A stretch of DNA of 64,000 nucleotides. It comes from Candidatus Micrarchaeia archaeon (GTDB lineage: Archaea > Micrarchaeota > Micrarchaeia > Micrarchaeales > Micrarchaeaceae). The notes beneath the pieces are model-generated. The model had not been told where the DNA came from. It made no database searches and worked only from the letters and a program-made list of their open reading frames with translations. Numbering within the stretch: position 1 is the first letter of the stretch; the number at the start of each line of letters is the position of its first letter. Positions 1 through 9,189 of the stretch are shown here, piece after piece. The stretch spans positions 1 to 64,000 of the forward strand of contig JBMFWY010000002.1 in the NCBI GenBank assembly GCA_049964795.1. The letters run 5' to 3'. A program made the position numbers and the translations under genes.

Positions 1-141
1 GATTACCCGCCAAATGGAGTGATGCCGGGCTACAGCTTTGGAACTGTGCAATCTTCTAGCACTGCTTTATCTTCTACTACAGTAAGCTCGACCACTACTT
101 CCGCTTCTTCGGTTTCAACTACGGTCATTGCGGTGTCATGA
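1..141 (+). CDS. 3' end of a gene entering the window; Ser/Thr-rich C-terminus, possibly a surface protein
   Basis: Frame +1 reads DYPPNGVMPGYSFGTVQSSSTALSSTTVSSTTTSASSVSTTVIAVS* with TGA at 139-141. Confidence 0.55.
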   Translation, partial: DYPPNGVMPGYSFGTVQSSSTALSSTTVSSTTTSASSVSTTVIAVS

Positions 142-228
142 AAAGCAAGCAGAAATGGCAAAAGCTTGCTTTTACAGCAATACATTTAATAGAATTGCCT
201 ACAAAAATACACAATGCAGTGCTTTTGA

Positions 229-1635
229 ATGCAGAGGTTATTGGAGGACAAGAAAGAAATTGTTGACTACGCAGTGCGCAAAGCAATAGCCATTGGAGCA
301 GAATATGCCGAGGCTACTTTTGAAATAGGAAAAGGAGAAAGTTATAATATAAAAAATGGGATAGTATCTGGGGCAGTGACATTAGAATTAAGAGGGCTAA
401 GACTAAGGTTTCTTGACAACGGCTATATTTACTCGCTAAGCACTAACAGCCTTGCCAAAGAAAGCATAGACAGGCTTATAGAGTCAAATAGAGTGTTGAG
501 AGGAGACGGTCCCACAGGCATGGAGATCTCTGGTGAAAGAACTTCTGCGGAATACAAAATAAGCTACGGAGGATATGATTCAAAAGGGCTGCAGAACTTT
601 ATTATAAAGCTTGACCGAGGACTTTCGAAATACACCCCAATAAAATCCAGGTATATCACTGCAGGCTTTTCTGTTGTTTCGCGCTACTACATGAACAGCG
701 AAGGCAGCGTAATAGAAAGCACCTTACCTTATTCCGATGGCTTTATGCTCGTAACAGTGGAAAGCAAAGGCGAGCAGCGGCAGAGAAACATCCAGTTTGG
801 AGCGACGAAAGGAATTGAATATTTTGAAACGGCGAACCTTGAAGAAAAGGCGCTTGAAGATGCAAAAAACATGAAAAAAGTGATAGACAGTGGCATAAAC
901 GTGCACCAGAGCTACTCAAATATAGTGGTTTCTTCTGAAATTGCCGGCATTGCTGTGCATGAAAGTATAGGACACCCAAATGAGGCAGACAGGGTACTTG
1001 GAAGAGAAGCCGCGCAGGCAGGTACCAGTTATGTTACCCCTGAAAACCTTGGACTAAAGATAGGCAGCGAAGAGGTAACAATATGCGATGACCCCACAAT
1101 TAAAAATAGCTATGGCTTTTACCTTTATGATGATGAAGGCGTGCGGGCGAGAAAAAGAGTGATCGTTGAAAAAGGCCTGCAAAAAGAGCTGCTCCACAAC
1201 AGGCAAAGCGCTTTCTTGATGAAAACGCACAGCAACGGAGCGGCAAGAAGCACCTCTTACAGCTTTGAACCTATAGTAAGAATGGCCAATACATACTTGG
1301 AGCCAGGAAGGGCGGATTTGGATGAGCTGATAGAAGAAGCAGGAAACGGAATATACGTCAAGAACTTTACTGAATGGAATATAGATGATACAAGAAGCTT
1401 TTCAAGGTACCAGGGCAATGAGGCTTATCTAATAGAAAATGGACGCATAGGCAAGCCTGTAAAAAACTTTGTTATAGAGACAAAAACGCTGGACTTTTGG
1501 TCCGCAGTTGCTCTCAGGAGCAAAGACTTGGTTTTTTACGCTGGCACGTGCGGAAAAGGTGAGCCGGAGCAGGGGATTCCTGTACTTATGGGGGGCCCTG
1601 ATGTACTGCTTAAATTCGGAGAAAAAACGAAGTAA
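229..1635 (+). CDS. tldD: TldD metalloprotease subunit
   Basis: HESIGHPNEAD zinc motif, YDDEG, RMANT and C-terminal CGKGEP; paired with a PmbA-like gene. Confidence 0.92.
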   Translation: MQRLLEDKKEIVDYAVRKAIAIGAEYAEATFEIGKGESYNIKNGIVSGAVTLELRGLRLRFLDNGYIYSLSTNSLAKESIDRLIESNRVLRGDGPTGMEISGERTSAEYKISYGGYDSKGLQNFIIKLDRGLSKYTPIKSRYITAGFSVVSRYYMNSEGSVIESTLPYSDGFMLVTVESKGEQRQRNIQFGATKGIEYFETANLEEKALEDAKNMKKVIDSGINVHQSYSNIVVSSEIAGIAVHESIGHPNEADRVLGREAAQAGTSYVTPENLGLKIGSEEVTICDDPTIKNSYGFYLYDDEGVRARKRVIVEKGLQKELLHNRQSAFLMKTHSNGAARSTSYSFEPIVRMANTYLEPGRADLDELIEEAGNGIYVKNFTEWNIDDTRSFSRYQGNEAYLIENGRIGKPVKNFVIETKTLDFWSAVALRSKDLVFYAGTCGKGEPEQGIPVLMGGPDVLLKFGEKTK

Positions 1636-1644
1636 ATTGGTAAA

Positions 1645-3030
1645 ATGTATAGTGAAGAGGGAAATGGAAAGGCGCGTGATATAGCGAAGAGCATCTTTGA
1701 CATGCTTAAAGGCAGATCCGATGATCTTGTTGTAAATTTGAATGAAGTGCACACCACTTTCATAAAGATATATGAAGGGAGAAGCGAATCTGTAGTAAGC
1801 ACAGACGAAGTTTTTGCAAGTGTTTTTGTAGCCAAGGAGAAAAGGGTGCTTGTGACCTTAATCAGCGATTTCAGCGACAGTGCGCTGAGGAAGAAAGAAA
1901 AGGAAATAATCGACATGCTACATTATGTTGAGAGGAAGGAGGATTATTACGGCATAGCCGAAGGCAAATTCAGGTATGGTAAGGAAAGAAATTTTGACAA
2001 AAAGCTTTGGGATCTTGACCCCAAAGCGATAAATGATGGAATAGATAAAGCAGTCGCTTCTGCATCAAGAAATGGAGCTTCAAAAGTACACGGAATGCTT
2101 TCAATAAGCAACAGCAAAGGCTATTTAAGAACAAGCGGAGGTGTTGAGGCAAGTGAAAAAGCTACTTCAATAAAGTTATCGCTTCGCACTTTTGGGGAAA
2201 ATGGCGCAGCATGTCAAGCAGTAGGAGCTTCAAGGCACCTTAAAAAGTTGGATTTCGAAAAGATAGGAAAAGAAGCTTCGGCTTTCCTTTATGCTGCAAA
2301 CAGCGAGTCTAAGCTCGAGAATGGAGAGTATGATGTGATTTACATGCCTCTTGCAGCTGGAGAGCTTATCGCAGGAGTCGGGGATGCAGCATCAATAGGC
2401 AGTGTTGAAAGCGGTTTTTCTTTCCTTGCAAGGAAACAAGGCAAGCTTGTCGCTTCAAAGCAGGTATCCATATTTGACGACCCTACGATAGAAGATGGCT
2501 TAAACTCATACCTGTTTGATGAGGAAGGCGTGCCTTCAAGGCGAACCTCGATAATAGAAAATGGAGTGCTCAAAAGCTACCTCCACAACACATCCACAGC
2601 AAGGAAGTACAAGACAAAAAGCACGGGCAATGCGGGACTGCCTGATCCGCAGCCAAGCAATATTGTGCTAGAGCATAAAAAGAGCTATGCAAGCCTTGAT
2701 AAGCTAATAGCAAGCGTAGACAAGGGAGTGCTTGTGACAAATACATGGTACACGCGTTTCAAGAACTATGAAACAGGAGAGTTTTCTACAGTGCCTCGCG
2801 ATTCGGCATTCCTGATAAACAAAGGAAGCATAGAAAAATCAATAAAGAATATAGGCAAGGAAAGCGTGGGCATAGGCATAAGAATAAGCGATAGTATGGA
2901 GAGGATGCTGAAAAACATGAGGGCAGCAGGAGGGAAAACTGTACAGGAGACAGGGTGGGATGAGCCCAGTCCTGTATTTATAAAGCCAGTAGTTGTAGAG
3001 AAAGTGGGTATAACTGCTGCTAGATGGTAG
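1645..3030 (+). CDS. tldE: TldE/PmbA non-catalytic subunit
   Basis: FDEEG and STGNAG motifs, no HExxH; immediately downstream of tldD. Confidence 0.88.
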   Translation: MYSEEGNGKARDIAKSIFDMLKGRSDDLVVNLNEVHTTFIKIYEGRSESVVSTDEVFASVFVAKEKRVLVTLISDFSDSALRKKEKEIIDMLHYVERKEDYYGIAEGKFRYGKERNFDKKLWDLDPKAINDGIDKAVASASRNGASKVHGMLSISNSKGYLRTSGGVEASEKATSIKLSLRTFGENGAACQAVGASRHLKKLDFEKIGKEASAFLYAANSESKLENGEYDVIYMPLAAGELIAGVGDAASIGSVESGFSFLARKQGKLVASKQVSIFDDPTIEDGLNSYLFDEEGVPSRRTSIIENGVLKSYLHNTSTARKYKTKSTGNAGLPDPQPSNIVLEHKKSYASLDKLIASVDKGVLVTNTWYTRFKNYETGEFSTVPRDSAFLINKGSIEKSIKNIGKESVGIGIRISDSMERMLKNMRAAGGKTVQETGWDEPSPVFIKPVVVEKVGITAARW

Positions 3031-3068
3031 AAATTAGTAGAAGACCTAGCCTTGTGCTTTTAATCTTT

Positions 3069-3401
3069 TTACTCTTCCAAAGCGGAAATAAGAGCGCCTA
3101 CCAAATCCGCAATTATAGGATCTTCCGCGCTGGCGGACGTATCCACTTTTGATGGAATGCTTTCTAGCACATCCCGAATTGTTTTTATTTCAGTATCTCC
3201 TTCGTAAGTGACTTTTTTATCTAGCAACTCAGGAGATTTGCAGGTTATTTCATGTGCAACATATTGCAGCATGTCATAAGTTCTGGAAAGTGGAAAACCT
3301 TCAGGATCTTGAAGTCTCTCTTTTATCTCGTTTAATGCCTCTACATAAAATGGCAAGAAGCCACTTTTTTCATCTCTCAAAAGATCTTTTTGGCTTTGCA
3401 T
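3069..3401 (-). CDS. hypothetical protein (110 aa)
   Basis: ORF preceded by AGGTG SD and an upstream TTTATATA-like box; no recognisable motif. Confidence 0.6.
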   Translation of the reverse strand: MQSQKDLLRDEKSGFLPFYVEALNEIKERLQDPEGFPLSRTYDMLQYVAHEITCKSPELLDKKVTYEGDTEIKTIRDVLESIPSKVDTSASAEDPIIADLVGALISALEE

Positions 3402-3536
3402 AGATACACCTTTCTCATCGCTTTATTTTATGGGTTGATGAGATATATAAATATTCTCTGTAATTCCATTTTTACTAAGTTATATTGTTATTTTGTAAAA
3501 TTTACCAGGATTTTTGTAACAGGCAGGAGGTGCTGT

Positions 3537-4334
3537 TTATATTATTGCCTCCTTATTGAACGTGCGTATGCTTATGTATATTACTGCCGCGCCTATCGCT
3601 GCAAGCAGCAATGTTATATAAAGGAGCATGCTTGTAGTAAGAAGAGCAAAGCCAGTAATCGAGGCGAATGGGAGTATCAAAACAGGGAGCACTAGAAGCG
3701 TGCTTATCTGCTGCGCTTCCTTTGTGCCTTTCACATGGGAGGAAACTATTATGACTATGCCGATTGTGACTATGGCGAGGAAGGGGCTTATTAGAAGCAG
3801 GAGCAGCCAGGGGACTGTCGGCAGTATGTAAACGCCGAAAGAGGAATAGGAAAGCATGTCTGTTATCGCTCCATAAATAGTAAAAACGCCAAGAGTAAGC
3901 AGTATTGTAGGCACGAGCGAAGCAAACATCTTGCCGAAAAGCAGCTCTGAATTTTTTACAGGAGTTGAAAACAATGCTTCAGCAGTTTTTCTTTCCTTTT
4001 CTCCCACGAAGCTGTCAGCGGCTATTACAGAAGCAGTTAGTATAGGCATGGTAAGGAATATTGGCCCAAGCACATATATAGAAAAGAAGGCCATGAAAGA
4101 GGCGCTGTTTATCTGCTTTGCTGAGCTTGCTGCCACTGGAAGCGCCACACTAAAAATTTTGCTGGCAAGGGCGGGAGCCGCGTGCTCCGAGACATAGAAA
4201 GTAAGCACAGGGAGGAATATTGCGAAGAATAGTGGCACCCCCAGCATCGGTCCGTAAATAGAAATGCTGGTGAATACTTCCCGCATGTCCTTCATCGCTA
4301 TTGCAAAAGAATTTTCTAAGTCCATAAAAACCAT
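3537..4334 (-). CDS. ABC-2 type transporter permease
   Basis: Multiple TM helices, GEKERKTAEALFSTP motif, adjacent ABC ATPase. Confidence 0.88.
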   Translation of the reverse strand: MVFMDLENSFAIAMKDMREVFTSISIYGPMLGVPLFFAIFLPVLTFYVSEHAAPALASKIFSVALPVAASSAKQINSASFMAFFSIYVLGPIFLTMPILTASVIAADSFVGEKERKTAEALFSTPVKNSELLFGKMFASLVPTILLTLGVFTIYGAITDMLSYSSFGVYILPTVPWLLLLLISPFLAIVTIGIVIIVSSHVKGTKEAQQISTLLVLPVLILPFASITGFALLTTSMLLYITLLLAAIGAAVIYISIRTFNKEAII

Positions 4335-4340
4335 TCCAAG

Positions 4341-5237
4341 CTATGAAAACTTTTTTATTATGCTTTCTGTATAATCTACTTCAAGCACATATGCGCCGTT
4401 TTTAGCTAAGTACGCAATTGCAGAATTAATCTCCTTGTAAGAGAGAATTTTAACGGATATTACTGTAGGATCCTTTCCGTTTGAAGAATAAAATCCTGGA
4501 ACGGATTTTGCAAGCTTTTCGGTGATTGGAGAGGAAAGCCTAATTTCGACTATTGCGCCCTTTGCCATATCCCTGTAAAAAGCGTAAGTCGTTGTATCTT
4601 TAACAATTTTTCCATCTTTTAGGAAGAGAAGTCTTGCGTTGAACTTTGGTATTTCATCAACTTTTTGAGTTACAAATATTACGGTCTTGCCTTCAGAAGC
4701 CATTTTTTCCATCATGCTCCTAACCAAGGAGGAAGCCTTGGGATCCAGGAATGCAGTAGGTTCGTCGAGAAGCAGAATTTTTGGATCGCCGAGAAGGGAT
4801 CTACACAATGCAATCTTCTGCTTTGTACCCCTGCTCAAAGCATAAACTTTTGAATTTGCAAACTGCAGCGCATCAAAACGCCTCAGCAAGCTGAGAGCCC
4901 GGGCCCTTGTCTCCTCCTCGCCCATCTTGTAAAGCTTGCCAAAAAAGAGAAGATTCTGCATGACTGTGAGATTGTCATAAAGAGAGTAGTTGTCAGTAAG
5001 CAGGGACATTAAATATCTGGAGCTTTCATCCGTATAAGGGTCCTTTCCTTCGATCCGCACGGCGCCTGAGTCGGGTAGGTAAAGGCCATCTATGCAGCGC
5101 AGGAGAGTGCTCTTGCCTGCTCCATTTGGTCCGGTTATTATGCTGATGCCCCTGCCAAACTTTGTAGTTACATTTGAAACTGCTACCACTTTGCCGAATT
5201 TCTTTACTAAAGAGTCTACTTCTACTCGCAATCTCAC
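4341..5237 (-). CDS. ABC transporter ATP-binding protein
   Basis: Walker A GPNGAGKST, signature LSRGTKQK, Walker B LLLDEP. Confidence 0.93.
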   Translation of the reverse strand: MRLRVEVDSLVKKFGKVVAVSNVTTKFGRGISIITGPNGAGKSTLLRCIDGLYLPDSGAVRIEGKDPYTDESSRYLMSLLTDNYSLYDNLTVMQNLLFFGKLYKMGEEETRARALSLLRRFDALQFANSKVYALSRGTKQKIALCRSLLGDPKILLLDEPTAFLDPKASSLVRSMMEKMASEGKTVIFVTQKVDEIPKFNARLLFLKDGKIVKDTTTYAFYRDMAKGAIVEIRLSSPITEKLAKSVPGFYSSNGKDPTVISVKILSYKEINSAIAYLAKNGAYVLEVDYTESIIKKFS

Positions 5238-5352
5238 ACCTTTTTATTCCTGCTTTTTTAGCTTATTGAAAAAATAAATTGAAAGCTACATGTCTCATTA
5301 CGCAGATATTTTGCGTGGTTTGATGCGATTGAAGAAACAAGATGATGCGGCG

Positions 5353-8154
5353 TTATACCTTTGCGGTTAACATATTTTTGCGCACCTTTTCGTCAATCCT
5401 TTGTTCTTCTATTGATTCCTTGCTCCTCAGAAGACTTTCTCCTAGTTTGGGCAGCAGGCTAAATTTGAATATTGAGTTGGTTTTCTTGTTTACTTCCAAA
5501 TCAATCATAGAATAGCCATTTATGAAATCGCCCACAGGCGCTGCTATCCTTTTGGTATAGGGGTTATCGCGCGAATCCTGATTGCTTTGCACCTTGAGCA
5601 GCAATTTGTCACCTGCATACACTGCGACTAATATATGGTCATGCCCTGCTAAGCCCAGTACAGCCTTTGTCTGCTTCTTTTCAACAAAATTCAGCATGCT
5701 GCTTTCACTTGCACCTCCCATTTTGTGGCTTAGAAGTATGGGTATGCCGTTTATCTCCCTTTCATCCGCACCGTATTCCGAACCGCTTATTGGTATTATT
5801 CGCTGCTTGCCCTTCTCGAATACCTTGATGCGAGCGCTGTTTTCCTTGAGCAACTTGGCATAGGCATCTTTTATTGCAGGCTCAGACGATTCGTTATATT
5901 TTGATTGCAGCCATTCCCTATCCCTCTCGAGCTGCGATAAAGCCCCTTCCAGAAACATCTTCATATGCCCGGAAAGGGAAACTGCTTCGTCTCTGTGCCA
6001 TTGCGAGCCGAAGTTGCCGCTATTGTTGTCATGGTTGCCTGCGATTATGTAAACAAGACCTTCGCGAGATATTACATCATAGACAAGCTTGCCAAACTTC
6101 TCGGCAACTATTGTTGGCTGTTCATCCGCGTTGTATCTTATGTCCAGGAACTTTTCCTTCATTTTTTCAGCTACCAGCTGTATCCTCTTTTCCTTTGGAA
6201 TTCCCATACTAGAAAGCTCTTTCTCGTATTTCTGCGGGAAATCATATTCCATTCCAAAGCGCATCACTTGTGCATAATCGTTGAGGAAGCCTTCAATCAT
6301 ATCCCCAAGCAATACTAGGATGTCAGGCTTGCGCTTGAAGGCGTCATCTACTGCTTCTTCTAAAATCTTGAGTTTGCTATGGCTTCCTACATGAGCATCC
6401 GTGAAAGCAGCAATAGAGAGCTTGGACAGATCATATTTGCTTTTCAGATCTAAATCATAATAGGGTAGTATCTGTTTAAGCATCTCCTTGCCTTCGGGCA
6501 GATCTTTGGGTTTCATCTCCGAAAGCCTTTTGTGGAGCAGCACTGTTCTATCCAGTTCCTGCCTGTGCTCTACACTTGCGTTTGATGATTGAGCCTTCTC
6601 GTCGCCCTTCCCTTTCTCTTCATCAACAGAGCCATAAGTTTTCACAAATTTTCTGTACTCTTCTTTGTCATCAAGTCCGCGGAGATAGGAAAGATACTCG
6701 CTGCTTATAATGCTCCAACGCGGCCCCTCCTTAGACAAGCTCAACAGCGACGCGCCGGAGCTTAGGTAGCCTTTTTGTACGGATTGAGTTTCTTTTGTAT
6801 CTATTCCGGAATTCCATGCCTTTGCCACTCCTGCCTTTACATTCCAAAACGGCCCTTGCGAAAGGGACACGAGGGCAGAGTTTGAATTGTTGAAAAGGGG
6901 ATCTATAGAGAAGGAGGTAAAATCCTTCTTTGCTGTTAGTATGACATTGATAGGTTTTGCTTCAAGTTGCTTGCCTCCTAATACTCCATTTACATAAAGC
7001 TTGTTAAACACGTCGGAGACGTGATCGTTGCTTGATTTTTTTCTAGTTGAAAGATGGGCAACGTTGAGGTCGTATGCAGTCACCACATTAAAGCTTAGCG
7101 ACTTGCTGTGCACTTCGTGCACTTCAAGCATATCCATTTGTATGTGAATCTTCCTCTTCCTCCCAAAAGCATTTTTAAGCTCGGATAGGTAGTAGGCTTT
7201 TGCAAGCTCCGTTATTATATCATGCGACTTCTTCAGGGTTATCGAATTGTGGCTAAACAGGTCTATCCGCATATTAGCTTGGCTACTTTTTCTTACCTTT
7301 TCTGCCTCCTTTATGTCAGAAAGCCTGTTGCTCAGCATTCTTATCTCGTTTGAAACTTTCTTTGCCCTGCTTGCCACTTCCTCATAGTCGCCGCCCTCAA
7401 GCTTTATCTTCTTGAGCTCGTTTCTTATCTGCTTAAGCTCTTCCATCTTCTTTTGAAATAGTTCGTTTATTGCCTCCTCGTTTGAAGTGGTAAGTTTCAT
7501 GGAATAGAGTTGGTTTATCAAGTCGAGTTTATACTTCCATTCCTTGAGCTCTTCTTTGTTTATTCTTAGTTTTGTAATTGCGTTACGGAGCTCGAACAGT
7601 TTTGATGCATGCTCGCTTTCGCTTAATTGCTTGTTCTTAAGCTCCTCCCTTAGCACGGATATGGAAGTCTCTGTTGTTGATATTATCCCTTTCCTGCCTA
7701 CTATGAAGGAAATGGCTTCGTGCATCCTGTTTTCTATTCCGCCTTTTATGATTTTGAAGTCTAAGCCTATTTCTCTTATAAGTTCGTCTATATTGCGCCT
7801 GTCCTGATCGCCCAGGGTATATATTACTGTCGCGTCCTCCGGAAGACTTAGCAGAATTCTTTCTAAATGTGGTTTCATTGCGGCTGAAGCATCCCTTAAA
7901 AATTGCAAATGGTCTTCTATTACATCCAGGTAGTCATTGCTTCTGTTTGAACCGCGCTGTGGAAAAAATGGCAAAGCGCCTCCCCCTATAAAAAGCATTT
8001 TTATCTTGTTTTCCCGGTTCTGTTTTTTGAGGTATCTTGCAAGCCCTATAAAATTGTCCTCGCTGCCATATATTGTTGCGCCGCCCAAATCAGCTATTGA
8101 CAATATATTGAAACTGTGATCTTTGTCGCCTCTCTCAGCTCCACCGTCCACCAC
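5353..8154 (-). CDS. large protein with a degenerate N-terminal phosphoesterase-like region, a coiled coil and a C-terminal calcineurin-like metallophosphoesterase
   Basis: C-terminal motifs FTDAH, LLGDMIEG, IAGNHD, LLSH, LAGHDH; K/E-rich heptad region at about aa 140-290. Confidence 0.7.
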   Translation of the reverse strand: MVDGGAERGDKDHSFNILSIADLGGATIYGSEDNFIGLARYLKKQNRENKIKMLFIGGGALPFFPQRGSNRSNDYLDVIEDHLQFLRDASAAMKPHLERILLSLPEDATVIYTLGDQDRRNIDELIREIGLDFKIIKGGIENRMHEAISFIVGRKGIISTTETSISVLREELKNKQLSESEHASKLFELRNAITKLRINKEELKEWKYKLDLINQLYSMKLTTSNEEAINELFQKKMEELKQIRNELKKIKLEGGDYEEVASRAKKVSNEIRMLSNRLSDIKEAEKVRKSSQANMRIDLFSHNSITLKKSHDIITELAKAYYLSELKNAFGRKRKIHIQMDMLEVHEVHSKSLSFNVVTAYDLNVAHLSTRKKSSNDHVSDVFNKLYVNGVLGGKQLEAKPINVILTAKKDFTSFSIDPLFNNSNSALVSLSQGPFWNVKAGVAKAWNSGIDTKETQSVQKGYLSSGASLLSLSKEGPRWSIISSEYLSYLRGLDDKEEYRKFVKTYGSVDEEKGKGDEKAQSSNASVEHRQELDRTVLLHKRLSEMKPKDLPEGKEMLKQILPYYDLDLKSKYDLSKLSIAAFTDAHVGSHSKLKILEEAVDDAFKRKPDILVLLGDMIEGFLNDYAQVMRFGMEYDFPQKYEKELSSMGIPKEKRIQLVAEKMKEKFLDIRYNADEQPTIVAEKFGKLVYDVISREGLVYIIAGNHDNNSGNFGSQWHRDEAVSLSGHMKMFLEGALSQLERDREWLQSKYNESSEPAIKDAYAKLLKENSARIKVFEKGKQRIIPISGSEYGADEREINGIPILLSHKMGGASESSMLNFVEKKQTKAVLGLAGHDHILVAVYAGDKLLLKVQSNQDSRDNPYTKRIAAPVGDFINGYSMIDLEVNKKTNSIFKFSLLPKLGESLLRSKESIEEQRIDEKVRKNMLTAKV

Positions 8155-8279
8155 CTCACCAGTTAAACTTTAAAGCGGCAAAAGGTATTTAAGCAGAACA
8201 TAAAACAGCAATTACTTGAATCAATAAAAGGGTAGAAAATGGGGTTCGTAATGCTTTTTGATTAAGAGAAAAAGAGTAA

Positions 8280-8397
8280 TGCCAAACAGCAACATGCTTT
8301 CCCGGCCGGGAGGCCAGTACGAACATGTCGTGGGCAGGCTTAGCTTCCGAGTTCGGAATGGGATCGGGCGTTTCCCTGCCCCTATTACCGTTTGGCA
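8280..8397 (-). rRNA. rrf: 5S rRNA, not linked to 16S/23S
   Basis: Reverse complement contains CCCGATCCCATTCCGAACTCGGAAGCTAAGCC and terminal helix TGCCAAAC/GTTTGGCA. Confidence 0.95.
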
Positions 8398-8559
8398 AGG
8401 ATATTGTAGGGCAAATAGGTTTAAATAGGTTTTGATAGATGCGCCAGCACGCCTAAATTGCAGGGTTAAAACAACAAAGCAATCAGGCATTGTCAGTGAG
8501 CTAAATGCGCCAACGAAATTTATAAGTATTTTGAATAACACTCAATAAGTAGTGTTTTC

Positions 8560-9171
8560 TTGTATAAAGATGTAGACAAAGGGGAGCCCGAGACTGTAAA
8601 TAGAGAGAGGCAAAAGACAAATGCAGATAGAGAAGGGGGTAAGCTCTTAAGAAAAGATGGAAATACCCAGATACAAGAAACCCTTGGCCTTACCAAAGAG
8701 GATAGCGAAGTAGTATATAAGTACATAGCGAATTCGAATGAAGAAAAATTCTATAAGCTCCTTTTCTTCATGAAGGATTTTGGAGTAAAAGAGAGTGCAA
8801 GTCTTATAAGGCAAGCACGCGACGAGGATGGTTTGCTAAATCCAGAAGCGCTTACCCTGCTGTTTCTTGAAGCCTTGCAAAGATACGGAGAGGGATATAC
8901 TTCTGACTCTGCAACTTTGACAAGTTTGCAGACTTTTAGCAGGAAAGGCTTAAAAGGAACGAGAATAGTAAATAACTATAGGGATTTTGAAAAAAAGTTT
9001 TTGGAGCAGAACGTAAAGGAGATGCTTGCGAAAGGCAACCTTGACAAAGGATTGATTCAAAAATTGAAAGATAAACTTGATAACATATCTGGCATGCTCA
9101 TGGAAGGAGCAATACCGGAATTTTACAAAATCAAAAAAGGGCGTGAATCTGCATTAGACTATTTTGGATAA
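8560..9171 (+). CDS. hypothetical protein (203 aa)
   Basis: TTG-start ORF with genome-like codon usage, 18 bp upstream of the prenyl synthase gene. Confidence 0.7.
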   Translation: MYKDVDKGEPETVNRERQKTNADREGGKLLRKDGNTQIQETLGLTKEDSEVVYKYIANSNEEKFYKLLFFMKDFGVKESASLIRQARDEDGLLNPEALTLLFLEALQRYGEGYTSDSATLTSLQTFSRKGLKGTRIVNNYRDFEKKFLEQNVKEMLAKGNLDKGLIQKLKDKLDNISGMLMEGAIPEFYKIKKGRESALDYFG

Positions 9172-9189
9172 ATTGCGTGATGAGGCAAA

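Noticed and set aside
229-5237. tldDE plus small ORF plus ABC exporter as a microcin/RiPP-like cluster
   Set aside because: No YcaO or other modifying enzyme and no precursor-like peptide; the genes are convergent, and tldDE is a common housekeeping pair
8189-8541. Minus-strand ORFs of 69 and 106 aa
   Set aside because: They overlap the 5S rRNA gene and are spurious
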